Below, in pieces: positions 1 through 11,964 of a stretch of 64,000 nt of DNA (its first letter is position 1; every line of letters starts with the position of its first letter). The position numbers and the translations under genes were made by a program. Source of the stretch: Octopus sinensis (lineage: Eukaryota); contig NC_043009.1 of the NCBI RefSeq assembly GCF_006345805.1, positions 47,802,001-47,866,000 on the forward strand, in the 5' to 3' direction. The notes beneath the pieces were generated by a model. That model had not been told where the DNA came from, did not search any database, and saw only the letters and a program-made list of their open reading frames with translations.

Positions 1-105
1 AGCAAAATTTAGTGGACATGTATATCACAGGATGTTCCTGCTCTGTTGGATATAATTTTTCACACCATGCTGATATAAACACACACATACACACACTCAC
101 ACACG

Positions 106-261
106 TATGTGGCTGTGTGGTAAATAGCTTGCTTACCAACCACATGGTTCCGGGTTCAGTCCCACTGTGTCGCACCTTAGGCAAGTGTCTTCTACTATAG
201 CCTCAGGCCGGCCAAAACCTTGTGAGTGGATTTGGTAGACAGAAACTGAAAGAAGCTCATC

Positions 262-302
<41 letters not shown>

Positions 303-524
303 TATATATATATGTATGTGTGTATATGTTTGTGTGTCTGTGTTTGTCCCCTCAACATCGCTTGACAACTGCTGGTGTGTTTACGTCCCTGTAACTTAGC
401 GGATCGGCAAAAGAGACCGATAGAATAAGTGCTAGGCTTTCAAAGAATAAGTCCTGGGGGAAATTTGCTCAAGCATGGCAGTGCTCCAGCATGGCCATAG
501 TCAAATGGCTGAAACAAGTAAAAG

Positions 525-526
<2 letters not shown>
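106..526 (+). mobile_element. SINE family A, full length (tRNA-like head, internal TA/TG microsatellite)
   Basis: A-box-like TGGCTGTGTGG and B-box-like GGTTCAGTCCC; the same body recurs more than 12 times in the window and ends in GAAACAAGTAAAAGA. Confidence 0.9.
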
Positions 527-569
<43 letters not shown>

Positions 570-641
570 CCCCTCATGAAAAGCTACAGTTGTCCTTTTA
601 CCACCTCCATTACATAAAGCTTTATAAATATAAATATAATA

Positions 642-710
642 AATAAATGTATTTTTGCAAATAAATTTGATGCTTAAAGCATCAAATTTATTTGCAAAAG
701 TATATTTATT
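642..710. other. 33-bp stem hairpin with 3-nt loop
   Basis: 653-674 is the perfect reverse complement of 678-699; the stem extends to 642/710 with two G-T pairs. Confidence 0.95.
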
Positions 711-1964
711 CAGTACTATCTAAATTTTAAATGATAAATTTCTAATCACATGAACTCTGTGTCTCTTAAAGTAAGTTTGTTTACATCTGAAAATACCTAA
801 ACATTGTCCTCAAATAAGTAATTTTGTAACTCGAGACTAAAATACACTTATTTTTCCTGAAGAGATCTAACAATATACCAATTATTACATCTTGAAAAGT
901 TATAATTATTGATGATTTTTAAATATTGTTATATCGAAACATATGTCTGTATATAGAATATCTTTTTGGATATTTTTGTATTTCTGAGTTATTTTGTTGG
1001 TTGATGCGGTTCATTTTATACTTTTATACTTGTTCTTATAGGTACATCTTTTCATCTTTTAATTTGCATTACTTTTCCAATTCTAATACAAATAAAATTA
1101 ACCAAGCATCTTTTTAAATTTTTATTTGCCATTTTCTTTTATTGACTTTTTATACACACACACACACACACATAAGTATGTGTGTGTGTGCGTTCTCTTT
1201 TATTTATTAATTATTTGAAATCTTCCAATCTTCCTGTGAGGAAGGAGCTAGTTTCTAACAAAGATATAAAGCTGTGTCATTGGAATGTAGATAATAAAAC
1301 AATGTCATGTTTTGAACTTGAGCAAAGTCTTACATATTTTTACTGTTCCACTTACAGATTATATATGTAATGTGAATGTTAACTGGTTTATTTTTTTTTT
1401 CTGAAGATTCTAACTTTTGCATATGGTCATTTAGGCATTTACTTACAAAACCACATGCACCAATTAATAATGGTATAAACATGAATTTATAATCTTGATA
1501 CAAAAGCTGAACATTTTGAAGCAGTTGTTCATAGTTATCTTCTTTCTCTTTGATTTTTCAGATAGGTATGTGTATGTATGTGGGATAAAGGATACATATG
1601 CAGTATCCTTTTGGGAGAAAAGGATACATAAGGTCCTCCTACTTACATACCAGTGTAAACCCTCCAAAACAAAAATACTATAAGGTCATTTAATTCACAC
1701 CCACTTTCTTTTTAAATGTCCAACATAGCTAGAACCACCTCCAGGTTAGTTGATAAATCTTTTTTCCCAGTCTATAATCTGACTACACCATCTACACTAG
1801 CATCATCCAATTCTTATGCACCTGAGAGATTTGAATGCAGGTACAGGTTCATATTTTTTATTTGTTTTAAAGCACAACATGCCCCAAAATAAGAACTGCT
1901 TTAGTCAAATTTTGTGATGGTTGTTTTCATACATTATTTCTGCTGAATAAGGGGCAATTAGCAC

Positions 1965-2140
1965 ACAGGACAAAAAACTTAGCAGCATTTCATCTGTCTT
2001 GATATTCTGAGTTCAAATTCTGCTAAGATTGACTTTGCCTTTTATATTTTGGGGAGTTGGTAAAATAAGTACCAGTCAAGTACTGGGGTTAATATAATCA
2101 ACCACTGGCCCTGGACCAAAATTTGAAAACATTATTTCAG
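1965..2140 (+). mobile_element. SINE family B, degenerate
   Basis: GAGTTCAAATTC B-box followed by the GACTTTGCCTTT...AAGTACCAG core. Confidence 0.75.
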
Positions 2141-2844
2141 TTGAGTGTCATTCAAAATATTCAATGACAATTTCAATTTCTTTATTAGGCAATGACTGAC
2201 AGTTTAGGCACATCCTATTGGTAGTTGTTTTCACTTGCCCTAGTTCAGGGTAGTCAGAGTAACTATGAATTTTATTGTAAATTCTCCACAACATGGTGAC
2301 CAGCAATTACCGAGCATCCAACTTCAGTAGCTTTGGTTTAAAAAGTCCATTTCATCTTTAAGTAATGGGACAGTTCTTGATTACTTCTTGGACAATATGC
2401 TTTTTCAGTTACTCGTCACAATTACTTGATATAATCAAATAGTTGCTGACAGTTTTAGTTAGATAGTGTATAATATTAAATATTAAAATAAAAATACTTT
2501 TTCTAAAACGGTCTTGCATTGAGTGGTATTCATTTTTGAGGCATTATTAATACTGTCAATCATTGTATTATAGTGATTAAAATTACACACACACACACAC
2601 ACATACATGCAAAATGAAAAAGCCTTCCATGCAATCAGATTCTATTTATCAAATCTAAATCATGATATTGCTCAACATGAGATTATGGTTGAAGACACTG
2701 GCCCAATGTTGCACACAATGGGACCTAACCCTGAATCACATGGTTGTGAAAGAAACAGCTTAACTATACAGTCATGTCTTACTCATCAGTCTTTCTTCTT
2801 TTAGAAAGGCATGGTGTATTATACAATGGTATTTAGTCATTCTA

Positions 2845-3670
2845 ATCTCCTTTCATCTTCTCTTACTCGTTTGAGTCATTAGACAGCCATGCTGTAGCAT
2901 GACCTTGAAGGATGTAAATGAACAAATCAAACCCAGTAAATTTTATCCTTTTAAGTCTGGTCCTTATTCTATCAGTCTCTTGAGCCAAACCACTAAGTTA
3001 TAGGGGACATAAACCATAAATAAATCAACACCAGTTGTTAAGTGAAGAAGGATAAACACAAAGACATTCACAAACACACAAATATATTTATATAGGATGG
3101 GTTTCTGTACAGTTTCTTATTTCTTTATTGACCACAAGGGGCTAAACATAGAGGGGACAAACAAGGACAGACAAAGGGATTAAGTCGATTACATTGACAG
3201 CAGTATGTAACTGGTACTTAATTTATCGACCCCAAAAGGATGAAACGCAAAGTTGACCTCGGTGGAACTTGAACTTAGAACGTAACGGCAAACAAAATAC
3301 CTATTTCTTTACTACCCAAAAGGAGCTAAACACAGAGGGGACAAACAAGGACAGACAAACGGATTAAGTCAATTACATTGACCCCAGTGCGTAACTGGTA
3401 CTTATTTAATCGACCCCGAAAGGCTGAAAGGCAAAGTGGATCTCGGCAGAATTTGAACTCAGAATGTAAAGACAGATAAAATACTGCTAAGCATTTCGCC
3501 TGGCATGCTAACGTTTCTGCCAGCTCACTATCTTACCAAATTCAGTCACAAGGCATTTGTTGGGGTAGCGTTATAGTAGGAGAGGCTTACCCAAGGTACT
3601 GTGCAGTGGGGTTGAACCCAAGACGACTGGGTTCAAAGGAAGCTTCTTAACCACACAGCTATACCTGTGC
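2845..3670 (-). mobile_element. SINE A copy interrupted by a SINE B dimer
   Basis: family A tail at 2845-3110 and head at 3535-3670, on either side of the B insertion. Confidence 0.75.
3117..3533 (-). mobile_element. SINE B head-to-tail dimer
   Basis: full unit plus a second unit lacking about 50 nt of the 5' end; junction AAATAC|CTATTTC at 3300/3301. Confidence 0.85.
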
Positions 3671-4592
3671 TTGTTTATATTATTCATTTATTCAGATTTA
3701 GAGCATAGAAATAGTGTAACATCAGCTCAAAATCTATTATTATTCTTGTGGCAGTATCATTATTGTATATTCCTTTAATGCATATTAAGCATATGTGTGT
3801 ATAGGAGTTGTACCATTAAATATCTAAGAAAAAGGGGCTCATTTTTATTGTTCATGATAGCATGAGCCATTTTGTAGGACACATAAGTCACTGCCCACCC
3901 ATGACTTCTAATTTTTACTTTAGTATGATATCCAGTCACCAAAACATTTGACTCACAACAGAAAGACTATCTTCTTTGACAGCATCATCATCATCACCAT
4001 CACCACCACCACTGCCGCCACCGCCGCCACCACAACCACCACCACCATCATCATCATCATCATTGTCTTAATGTTAATTTCACCTTGTTTGCATGAGTCA
4101 GATGGAATTTACAGAGGTAGATTTTCTATGGCTGGACGCCATCAACCTCCACCTGTTTCTGAGCAGGGTAATATTTCTCCATGAGCAGACAGGTCTTTGA
4201 GGAAGACTGGAAACAAATGACATGGCTTGTGTGACAGAGAAGCTCATTTACAACTATTGCATGGCTTCAAAACAAGGAGAAAACACCAACACAAATATAC
4301 ATGAGTACATACATACATACAAAGGCCTTTTTTTCATTTCTATCAACCAAATCCATTCACAACACAGGTTGGCTCAAAGCTATAGTAGAAGATGCTTTCC
4401 CAAAGTACCACACAGTGAGACTGAACCTAATACCATGAGATTGAGAAGCAAACATCTTAACCACACAGCCGTGCCTGCTTCTATGATGATTTTCGAATAC
4501 TTTTCATCTAAATTGTAAAATAGCTGAAAATACAAATATAACTTGATAGGAACGGTGTAAATGGTAAAAAAGATAAAATATCAGATTCTTAC

Positions 4593-4699
4593 CTGAATTC
4601 TCAGTTTTCCATATTGTGTTGGGAGATATTGAGAGATACTCAGGATGGTAATGATCTGTAGGATAACTAATAATCCGTTTCTTTTGCCTAAATGCCCTA
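4593..4699 (-). CDS. candidate internal exon (107 nt), product unknown
   Basis: long polypyrimidine tract ending TTTCAG as acceptor, CAG|GTAAGA donor; two open frames (RAFRQKKRIISYPTDHYHPEYLSISPNTIWKTENS or GHLGKRNGLLVILQIITILSISQYLPTQYGKLRIQ). Confidence 0.5.
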
Positions 4700-5231
4700 C
4701 TGAAATTTGAGAAGAAAAGAAAAAAAGAAAATCATCATCATCATCATCATCATCAAAATGCTTAGATATAATAGATAAGGACTGTCATATGTATATGTTT
4801 GTGTGTGCATGTGTGTGTGTGAGTGTATGTTACTACATATACAAATATGAAAGAAGATCTTTCAGTCCATTGGAAAAAATCATGATCAACAAATTCAAAG
4901 CTAAGAATTTTACACTATTTCAAATAATCAATTTTGGCATAGCAATGACACATATATAGACACAGACATACAGATATATTTTGTGGGCTAACAAGGTTAT
5001 CTGTGGTTTTATGTAAAGAATCTCTTTACAGGAAACCAAGCCTTGTTATCCACAAATAAAGAATACTTATCCACCAACATAGTGTTGAGCACTGATTCCC
5101 ACTGCTCAATATTAGTGTATGTACTTGATAGGAGGTTAACGCCAAATGACAAAAGCTTTCTACTCTCTCCCCAAATCAACCAAATCTTCATGAAAAGATG
5201 TGCAAACAAGAGAACCCTATTGTGTTTGTGT

Positions 5232-5752
5232 GTCACCTGACTGGTGCCCATGCTGGTGGCACTTAGAAAGCACCAACTGAATGTGGAAGATGCCAGTGCT
5301 ACCTGATTGGCACTCATGTTGTTGGAGATCGTAGTTGTGGCCGATGCCAGTGTTGCTTTACTAGCACCCATGCTGGTGACACGTAAAAAGCACCATGCAA
5401 GTGTGGCCGATGCCAGTACCATCTGACTGGCACTCGTGCCATTGGAGATTGTAGTGGTGGCCGATGCCAGTGTTACCTGAATGGCACCCATGCTGGTGGC
5501 ACATAAAAAGCACCACCTGAGCATGGACAATGCCATTGCCACCTGACTGACACCTGTGCAGGTGGCATGTAAAAAGCACCCACTACAATCTCGGAGTGGT
5601 TGGTATTAGGAAGACCATCCAGCTGTAGAAACCTTGTCAAATCAAATTGGAGCCTAGTGCAGTCTCACAGCACACCAGTTCCCAGTCAAACCATCCAATC
5701 CATGCTAGCATGGAAAGTGGATGTTAAATGATGATGATAATGATGATGATGA

Positions 5753-5755
<3 letters not shown>
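5232..5755 (+). mobile_element. SINE family C with internal ~120-bp tandem modules and (GAT)n tail
   Basis: repeated GGCAC..GTAAAAAGCACC modules, then TTAGGAAG.CCATCCAGC and CCATGCTAGCATGGAAA..(GAT)n. Confidence 0.85.
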
Positions 5756-5803
<48 letters not shown>

Positions 5804-6319
5804 ATATATGTATATATATATAACTTTATAAAATTGATAGGTTTTGGCTAGTATAGGCCCAGGCCACATCCAACTTAATAGCACCACCTAATGAAGTCTT
5901 TCAGTCATATATGAGGCACTATGGCCCACACGCCATATTCAGTCAATTGCTGAGAAAGATGATATATGAGTGTGTGTGTGTGTAAGCATGTACAAGTATG
6001 TGTTTACATGAGTGAGTTCAAATTTCCCTTGTGTTTACTGGTGGACTGCAAACAAACAACACTATTGTCTACTTGTAGTCCAGTGTGAAAGCATGTCTGG
6101 TCTGTTTGATGCTTGATAGCCTGAAAGATTATTATCCTAAATGGGTGGGATGGTGACAGGAAGAGAATGTGGCAATAGAGTACTTAGCCCTACCATACTC
6201 TCATCTGACCCATGCAGGTATAGAAAAGTGGATGTTAAAATTATATATATATATTATTGGCTAAACTGGCAAAATGACCATTCCGAAATATATATATATA
6301 TATGTATGTATATATGTAT

Positions 6320-6660
6320 ATATCGGTTTGCTGTGCTTGAAAAGACTCGTCAAGCTAAGTAAAAGTGTGGTTGCCCTTGCATACAGGTTTGTCCCCTGCA
6401 ACCCTTTCAAGCTGAGCAGCCCTAATCTCACAGGTGCTGGTGCAACATAAAAAGCATCTGTGTCTGTGCTGCATAAAATACATGCAGTACACTTTGTAAA
6501 GTGGTTGGTATTAGGAAGGACATCCAGCCATAGAAACCATACCAAAACAGTCAGGGAGCCAGAACAGCCCTTCAGCTGGTCAGCTCCTGTCAAACTATTC
6601 AACCCATGCCAGCATGGAAAACAGACATTAAATGATTATGATGATGATGATGATGATGTA
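6320..6660 (+). mobile_element. SINE family C
   Basis: same 3' body and (GAT)n tail as other C copies. Confidence 0.8.
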
Positions 6661-6676
6661 TATATAAATATGTATA

Positions 6677-6741
<65 letters not shown>

Positions 6742-6748
6742 GCCCACG

Positions 6749-6860
6749 GGCATATGGCGTAGTGGTTAAGAGCACAGGCTACTAACCCCAAGATTCCAAG
6801 TTCAATTCCAGGCAGTGACCTGAATAACATCAACAACAATAACAACAACAATAATAATGT
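6749..6860 (+). mobile_element. short tRNA-derived SINE or tRNA-like pseudogene with (AAC/AAT)n tail
   Basis: A box TGGCGTAGTGG (6755), B box GTTCAATTCC (6800), followed directly by a simple-repeat tail. Confidence 0.7.
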
Positions 6861-7159
6861 AGATATATTATTTATTATAGACTATCCCATTGTTAAATGA
6901 TGGATGAGAATGTCCCAATTTCCTGTTGAACCATCACACAGATGCTTTGTTTATAGTGAACAAATACTTGTGTTTCCCCAAATCAAAATGACATTGCCTG
7001 TGCAGCTGCACAAGTGTAGAGCAATGTGAAATGAAGTGTTCTGCTCAAGAAGACAACACACAATCTGGTCTGGGAATTGAAACCATCATCTTGCAATTGT
7101 GACTGCAACACCTGGCCACTAGAAAATGTTCGTCTGTCAGATTGTTCATATCACTTTTT

Positions 7160-7380
7160 TTAATATTAATTTCAAATTTTGGCACAAAGCCAGCAATTTT
7201 GGAGGAGGGGTAAAGTGATTACATGAACTCCAACGATCAACTGGTACTTATTTTATCAACCCTGAAAGGATGAAAGGCAAAGTTGATCCTGGTGGAATTT
7301 GAACTCAGAATGTAAAGATGGATGAAATGCTACTAATCATTTTGCTCAGTATGCTAATGATTCTGCCAGCTCACTACCTC
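7160..7380 (-). mobile_element. SINE B
   Basis: core AAAGGATGAAAGGCAAAG and head GCCAGCTCAC on the + strand. Confidence 0.85.
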
Positions 7381-7419
7381 AATACACTTTTTTTTTTAAT
7401 ATTAATTAGGTAATTAACA

Positions 7420-7622
7420 TGACAAGCTGGCAAAATCATTAGCACACTGGGCAAAGTTTCAGTGGCATTTTGTTCATCTTTACTCTTGAATCCAAATTCC
7501 ATTTCGTCTTTCGTCCTTTCGGGGTCAAGGAAATAAATACCAGTTTAGCACTGGGGTCAATGTAATTAACTTACCTTCTTCACATAAATTGCCAACCATG
7601 TGCCAAATTTTGAAATCAATAT
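7420..7622 (+). mobile_element. SINE B, inverted relative to its neighbour
   Basis: AGCTGGCAAAATCATTAGC head and CCTTTCGGGGTC core. Confidence 0.8.
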
Positions 7623-7916
7623 CAATTTGGTAATTAAAGGAGTGACAATCTAAGTCACTGATTGAATTCCCAGAGATGAAACTTTGTCTTTGAGAACAAC
7701 TTGACATCACACAACGTTTTAAATAATAGATTATTGGCCCTTAAAATATTTTGCTTTATTTTTTTATTTGTAAACATTTTGACCCCAACCCACCTGTGAT
7801 CATCTCCGTTTCACTGTTCTAAAACATTTCCTTTTAAAGTGTTCATACTGAAATTGAAATCTTTTTAATCATAATTGTTAATCCTAATTTCATGTAACAA
7901 TCTCTTGTAATGTTTC

Positions 7917-8331
7917 TTATTTTTTTATTGCCCAAAAGGGGCTACACATAGAGGGGACAAACAAGGACAGACAAACGGATTAAGTTGATTACAACGACCC
8001 CAGTGCGTAACTGGTACTTAATTTATCGACCCTGAAAGGATGAAAGGCAAAGTCGACCTTGGTGGAATTTGAACTCAGAACGTAGAGGCAGACAAAATAG
8101 CTATTTCTTTACTGCCCACAAGGAGCTACACACAGAGTGGACAAACAAGGACAGACAAATGGATTAAGTCAATTACATGAACCCTAGTGTGTAACTGGTA
8201 CTTAACTTATTGACCCCGAAAGGATGAAAGCAAAGTCGACCTTGGTGGAATTTGAACTCAGAATGTAGCGGCAGATGAAATACCACTAAGCATTTCGCCC
8301 GGCGTGCTAACGTTTCTGCCAGCTCGCCGCC
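7917..8331 (-). mobile_element. SINE B head-to-tail dimer
   Basis: same architecture as 3117-3533, junction at 8100/8101. Confidence 0.9.
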
Positions 8332-9238
8332 TTTATCTGTTATTATGTTTCTATCATTGGATTACTAACAAAAATGTTTTAATCATTTTTACTTTTTTCA
8401 CACTTATTCAAAATAGCAAGACATTGATTAAAAATATGATCAGAAATGGGTTTAACTTCAAAAATTTTAAATGAGAAACTAAGGGTATTTAAATTATGCA
8501 GGCTATATATTTAAAACTGAAATTTTCATTATACAATTTTCTTCAGTATTCTTATGAACTGGGACATAAATTGAATTGCACACTTATACTATTATGTTAT
8601 TTAAGCTACAATTATTATACTACAAGTGTTGTCAGTAATGACGTCATATCTGTTTATCATAATTACATGTATTGAAAATTGGTCATAAAATACAACAAAA
8701 ATATGCAAAATTTGTAAATGGTAATTGTAAACATCAGAATAACAGGAAATTGATGTTTGTACAAAATAAAAAGGAGAAGGATAAAACTGCATGCTAAATT
8801 TGATCACTGGATAAATACTCCTTTCTTTATTACTAACAATCAACATTTGTCCATGCACATTTAAGATTCTCCACTATACACACATATGTACATATATACA
8901 TAGAAATGTACATGTATAAAGCATACATACAAACAGTGGTGAGGAGTTCAAAGAGCTGTTAGAGCATTTGATAGAATGCTTTGTGGGATAGCTTCTACTA
9001 AGTTCATAAAGTAACTGAGACATGCTAAGCTGGATCCATCAGGACTTAAGGGTCCAAGGATCATCATCACCATTTTAATACCCACTTTTCCACGTTTCTA
9101 CAGACGCCCTCCCTGTTGTCCACCTTTACCAGATAGAGAGCGAAAGAGAGAGAGAGAGAGAGAGAGAGATTAAACATACATACAAACATAGCAAAATGCT
9201 CACATACATAAACAGAGGGAAAGAAAATGAAAGACACA

Positions 9239-9468
9239 TTAACCCTTTCATTACCAACCCGGCTGAAACCAGCTCTGGCTGTGTAGTATAAATGTCTTGT
9301 TTTCATTAGTTTTTCATTAAAATCTTCCACCAAACCTTAGTCACAATTTATGTTCCTAATACTAGCTTAATGATAACTAAGTTAATTTACTAAATTCTTT
9401 GTTATATTTAAAATAATTGAAAGAAATTTTTGAGCATCTCAAAATAAATACAGTAACAAAAGGGTTAA
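9239..9468. mobile_element. piggyBac-type MITE (family 1)
   Basis: TTAA|CCCTTT...AAAGGG|TTAA; related copies at 28806-29024, 46920-47128 and 19615-19768. Confidence 0.8.
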
Positions 9469-10774
9469 GACTTTTGATGTCAAATCAATGTTGAAACAGT
9501 GACGCCAAAATAGGTGGTGCCAAAGTATTCCATATCCCAGAAATAGTGCCTTTTAGAAGCAATCTTGGACAACTGTATGTAGCTGCAGCAGCATCTTGTT
9601 AACCACTGGGCTACCGCACTATTTTTTTAAAATTTATTATTCATGAAATTCTCTATAGAAAATTTAACGACATTAACGACACTAATTAATATAAACTTTT
9701 CTTTCATTGTTTTAATAGATATTTTTCAGTTTTTCTAAAGATTTCATTGTTATGCAAGTAATTCACCTACTCCAGCTATCTTTCATGTATGGACAAAAAT
9801 ACATCAGAATAAAGAAAAATCAATTTGTTATATATTCATTGATCTCCCACCTCAATTAGATATTTATTTTTTTTAGCAAATATCTTTTTTTTTGTCGATC
9901 TTCACTTTTTTTTTTTTTTACCAAACTATGAACAAAATTTTCTATCTTGAAAATTAATTTTGTCTGCAATTTATAAATAAACTTAATGTTGTAATTTGCT
10001 TTGTTCAAAGCAACGTTTGAACTGAACTACACAAGAATATTATCATAAACTAGAAAAACATTATAAAAACAAAATATCAGATTTTGTTTCACAGATAACA
10101 GATTCAAATTATCCCCAAATCGCAGTTTTGTATACTCAAACAAGAAATGCTATTCAACTTACTAGAAGGTAAATACTAAACGCATTTTATAACATATAAC
10201 CTGGCACCAGAATGATCATCCAACATCATTCAATATCAATATTTTACATCCATTTCCTGTGTTGGCATGAGTTAGACTAGTAATCACAATTTGAGTCTAT
10301 CTTTATTCAAAGCTACTGCCCCTTTAAATGGGTTAGAAGACAATGTGCTGTTTGTACATTCCATTTTGGGATGACTTTTTTGGCTGGATGCTCTTCCTAT
10401 CTCCAACCATTTTATAGCATCATTGTACAAGTACTTGAGAGGTTATTTTTCCCATGCGTGTGGAATTAACTCATGGAAATTTATTTTGTGTAACAAATTT
10501 TTACTAAGCAACTAAATATTTTTAATTCTAACAGGGTGAAGAAAAATAGTATGTTGCCAAATTGTCAGTAGCTGATTCTTTGATGGCTGACAAAAATGGC
10601 CTGACATTGCTAGTGTGAACCGGCTATAATATGTGTGTGTCTTGACTCCTGCTAAACCCCTGAGACTGACTCAATGAACCCCTGGAGCCCAGGCTAGGAA
10701 CCACTGGTCTATAGCATCTATAATGTATAATAGTGTACATAGTTTCCATATAAGAGCATAATGATACACTACAG

Positions 10775-11240
10775 TTGCTGGATGTGTGGTAAGAAGCTTG
10801 CTTCTCAACCACATGGTTCTGGGTTTAGTCCCACAGCATGGCACCATGGGTAAGTGTTTCTAGTAGAGATTTGGGCCAACTAAAGATTTGTGAGCAGATT
10901 TGGAAGACAGAAATGGAAAGAAGCCCATCATATGCGTGTGTATGTGTGCATACACATGTATGAGTGTATGTGTGTGTGCTTGTGTGTGTGTGTGTGTGTG
11001 TCTGTGTGCATGTGTGTGTGTGTGTGCGTGTGTGTGTGTTTGATCAGAACTACCGCTTGACAACTAGTACAGGTGTGTTTACATCCCTGTAACTTAGTGA
11101 TCCTGTAAAACAGACCAATAGAACAAGTACCAGACTTAAAAATAAAGTACTGGGGGTCGATTCAGTTGACTAAATATTCTCGTAGGCAGTGCTGCAGCAT
11201 GGCCACAGTCTAATAACTGAAACGAGTAGAAGATAAAATA
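10775..11240 (+). mobile_element. SINE A
   Basis: head, (TG)n centre and tail match family A. Confidence 0.85.
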
Positions 11241-11530
11241 TATATCGAAATACTGATCACACGCTGTATCCACACCTAGATTCACTTGTCTTAATTCTGT
11301 CTTACCTTTGGATCTAACAGCCTCCTGTCTCATCTGGGAGGCCTGAATGTCAAAGACTGATGTTGCACAACTTATTTAAATCCAGTTCACATTCGTGTTA
11401 TAACACCATAAAATTGTGATGTCAGGGGGAATATCCATATGCATGAATGAACAAGAAGTAAGTGATTTTACAAAATGTTTCAGTAATTTGTCTGTCTATT
11501 AGTCTATCTATGTATATGTATGCACACACG

Positions 11531-11601
<71 letters not shown>

Positions 11602-11964
11602 ATATATAAATACATACACTCTCACACACAAGTATTTCATGAAGTAAATATTTAATTGATTAGCTGATGATGAAATTAGTATTATACGTTTCTGACTAAA
11701 ATTCCCATGGTGAATTTGAATCAGGAATGTTACTATGTCTTGCTTCATACATAACTGAATTGAAAACAAAGCTAGCATGATCATTTCTACATGCTACATT
11801 ACAATCAAATACCAATTTAAATGTAGATGAAAAGCTAAGTAGAAAACAACTATAAAAAGTGTTTAAGAGAAATTTACAAATGGCTGCCAACTGAGACAGA
11901 TGATTGAGCAGAGAAAAGTTGAAAGTTAAGAAATAAGTAACAAATAATAATATTCCTTTCCTTT

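Noticed and set aside
1540-1571. Plus-strand pyrimidine tract + TCAGATAG|GTATGT (AG/GT juxtaposition)
   Set aside because: The donor-like part is the start of a (TATG) simple repeat; weak support
1771-1840. Possible plus-strand exon YNLTTPSTLASSNSYAPERFEC
   Set aside because: Moderate splice sites only, no homology recognised; such pseudo-exons are expected by chance
5009-5542. 177-aa ORF with internal repeats
   Set aside because: It is the reverse-strand reading of the SINE C tandem modules; no independent coding signal
8639-8646. CRE palindrome TGACGTCA
   Set aside because: A single 8-mer in 64 kb is within chance and has no promoter context
11304-11340. Minus-strand micro-exon ASQMRQEAVRSK with AAG|GTAAGA donor
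   Set aside because: Acceptor ambiguous and not phase-linked to other candidates
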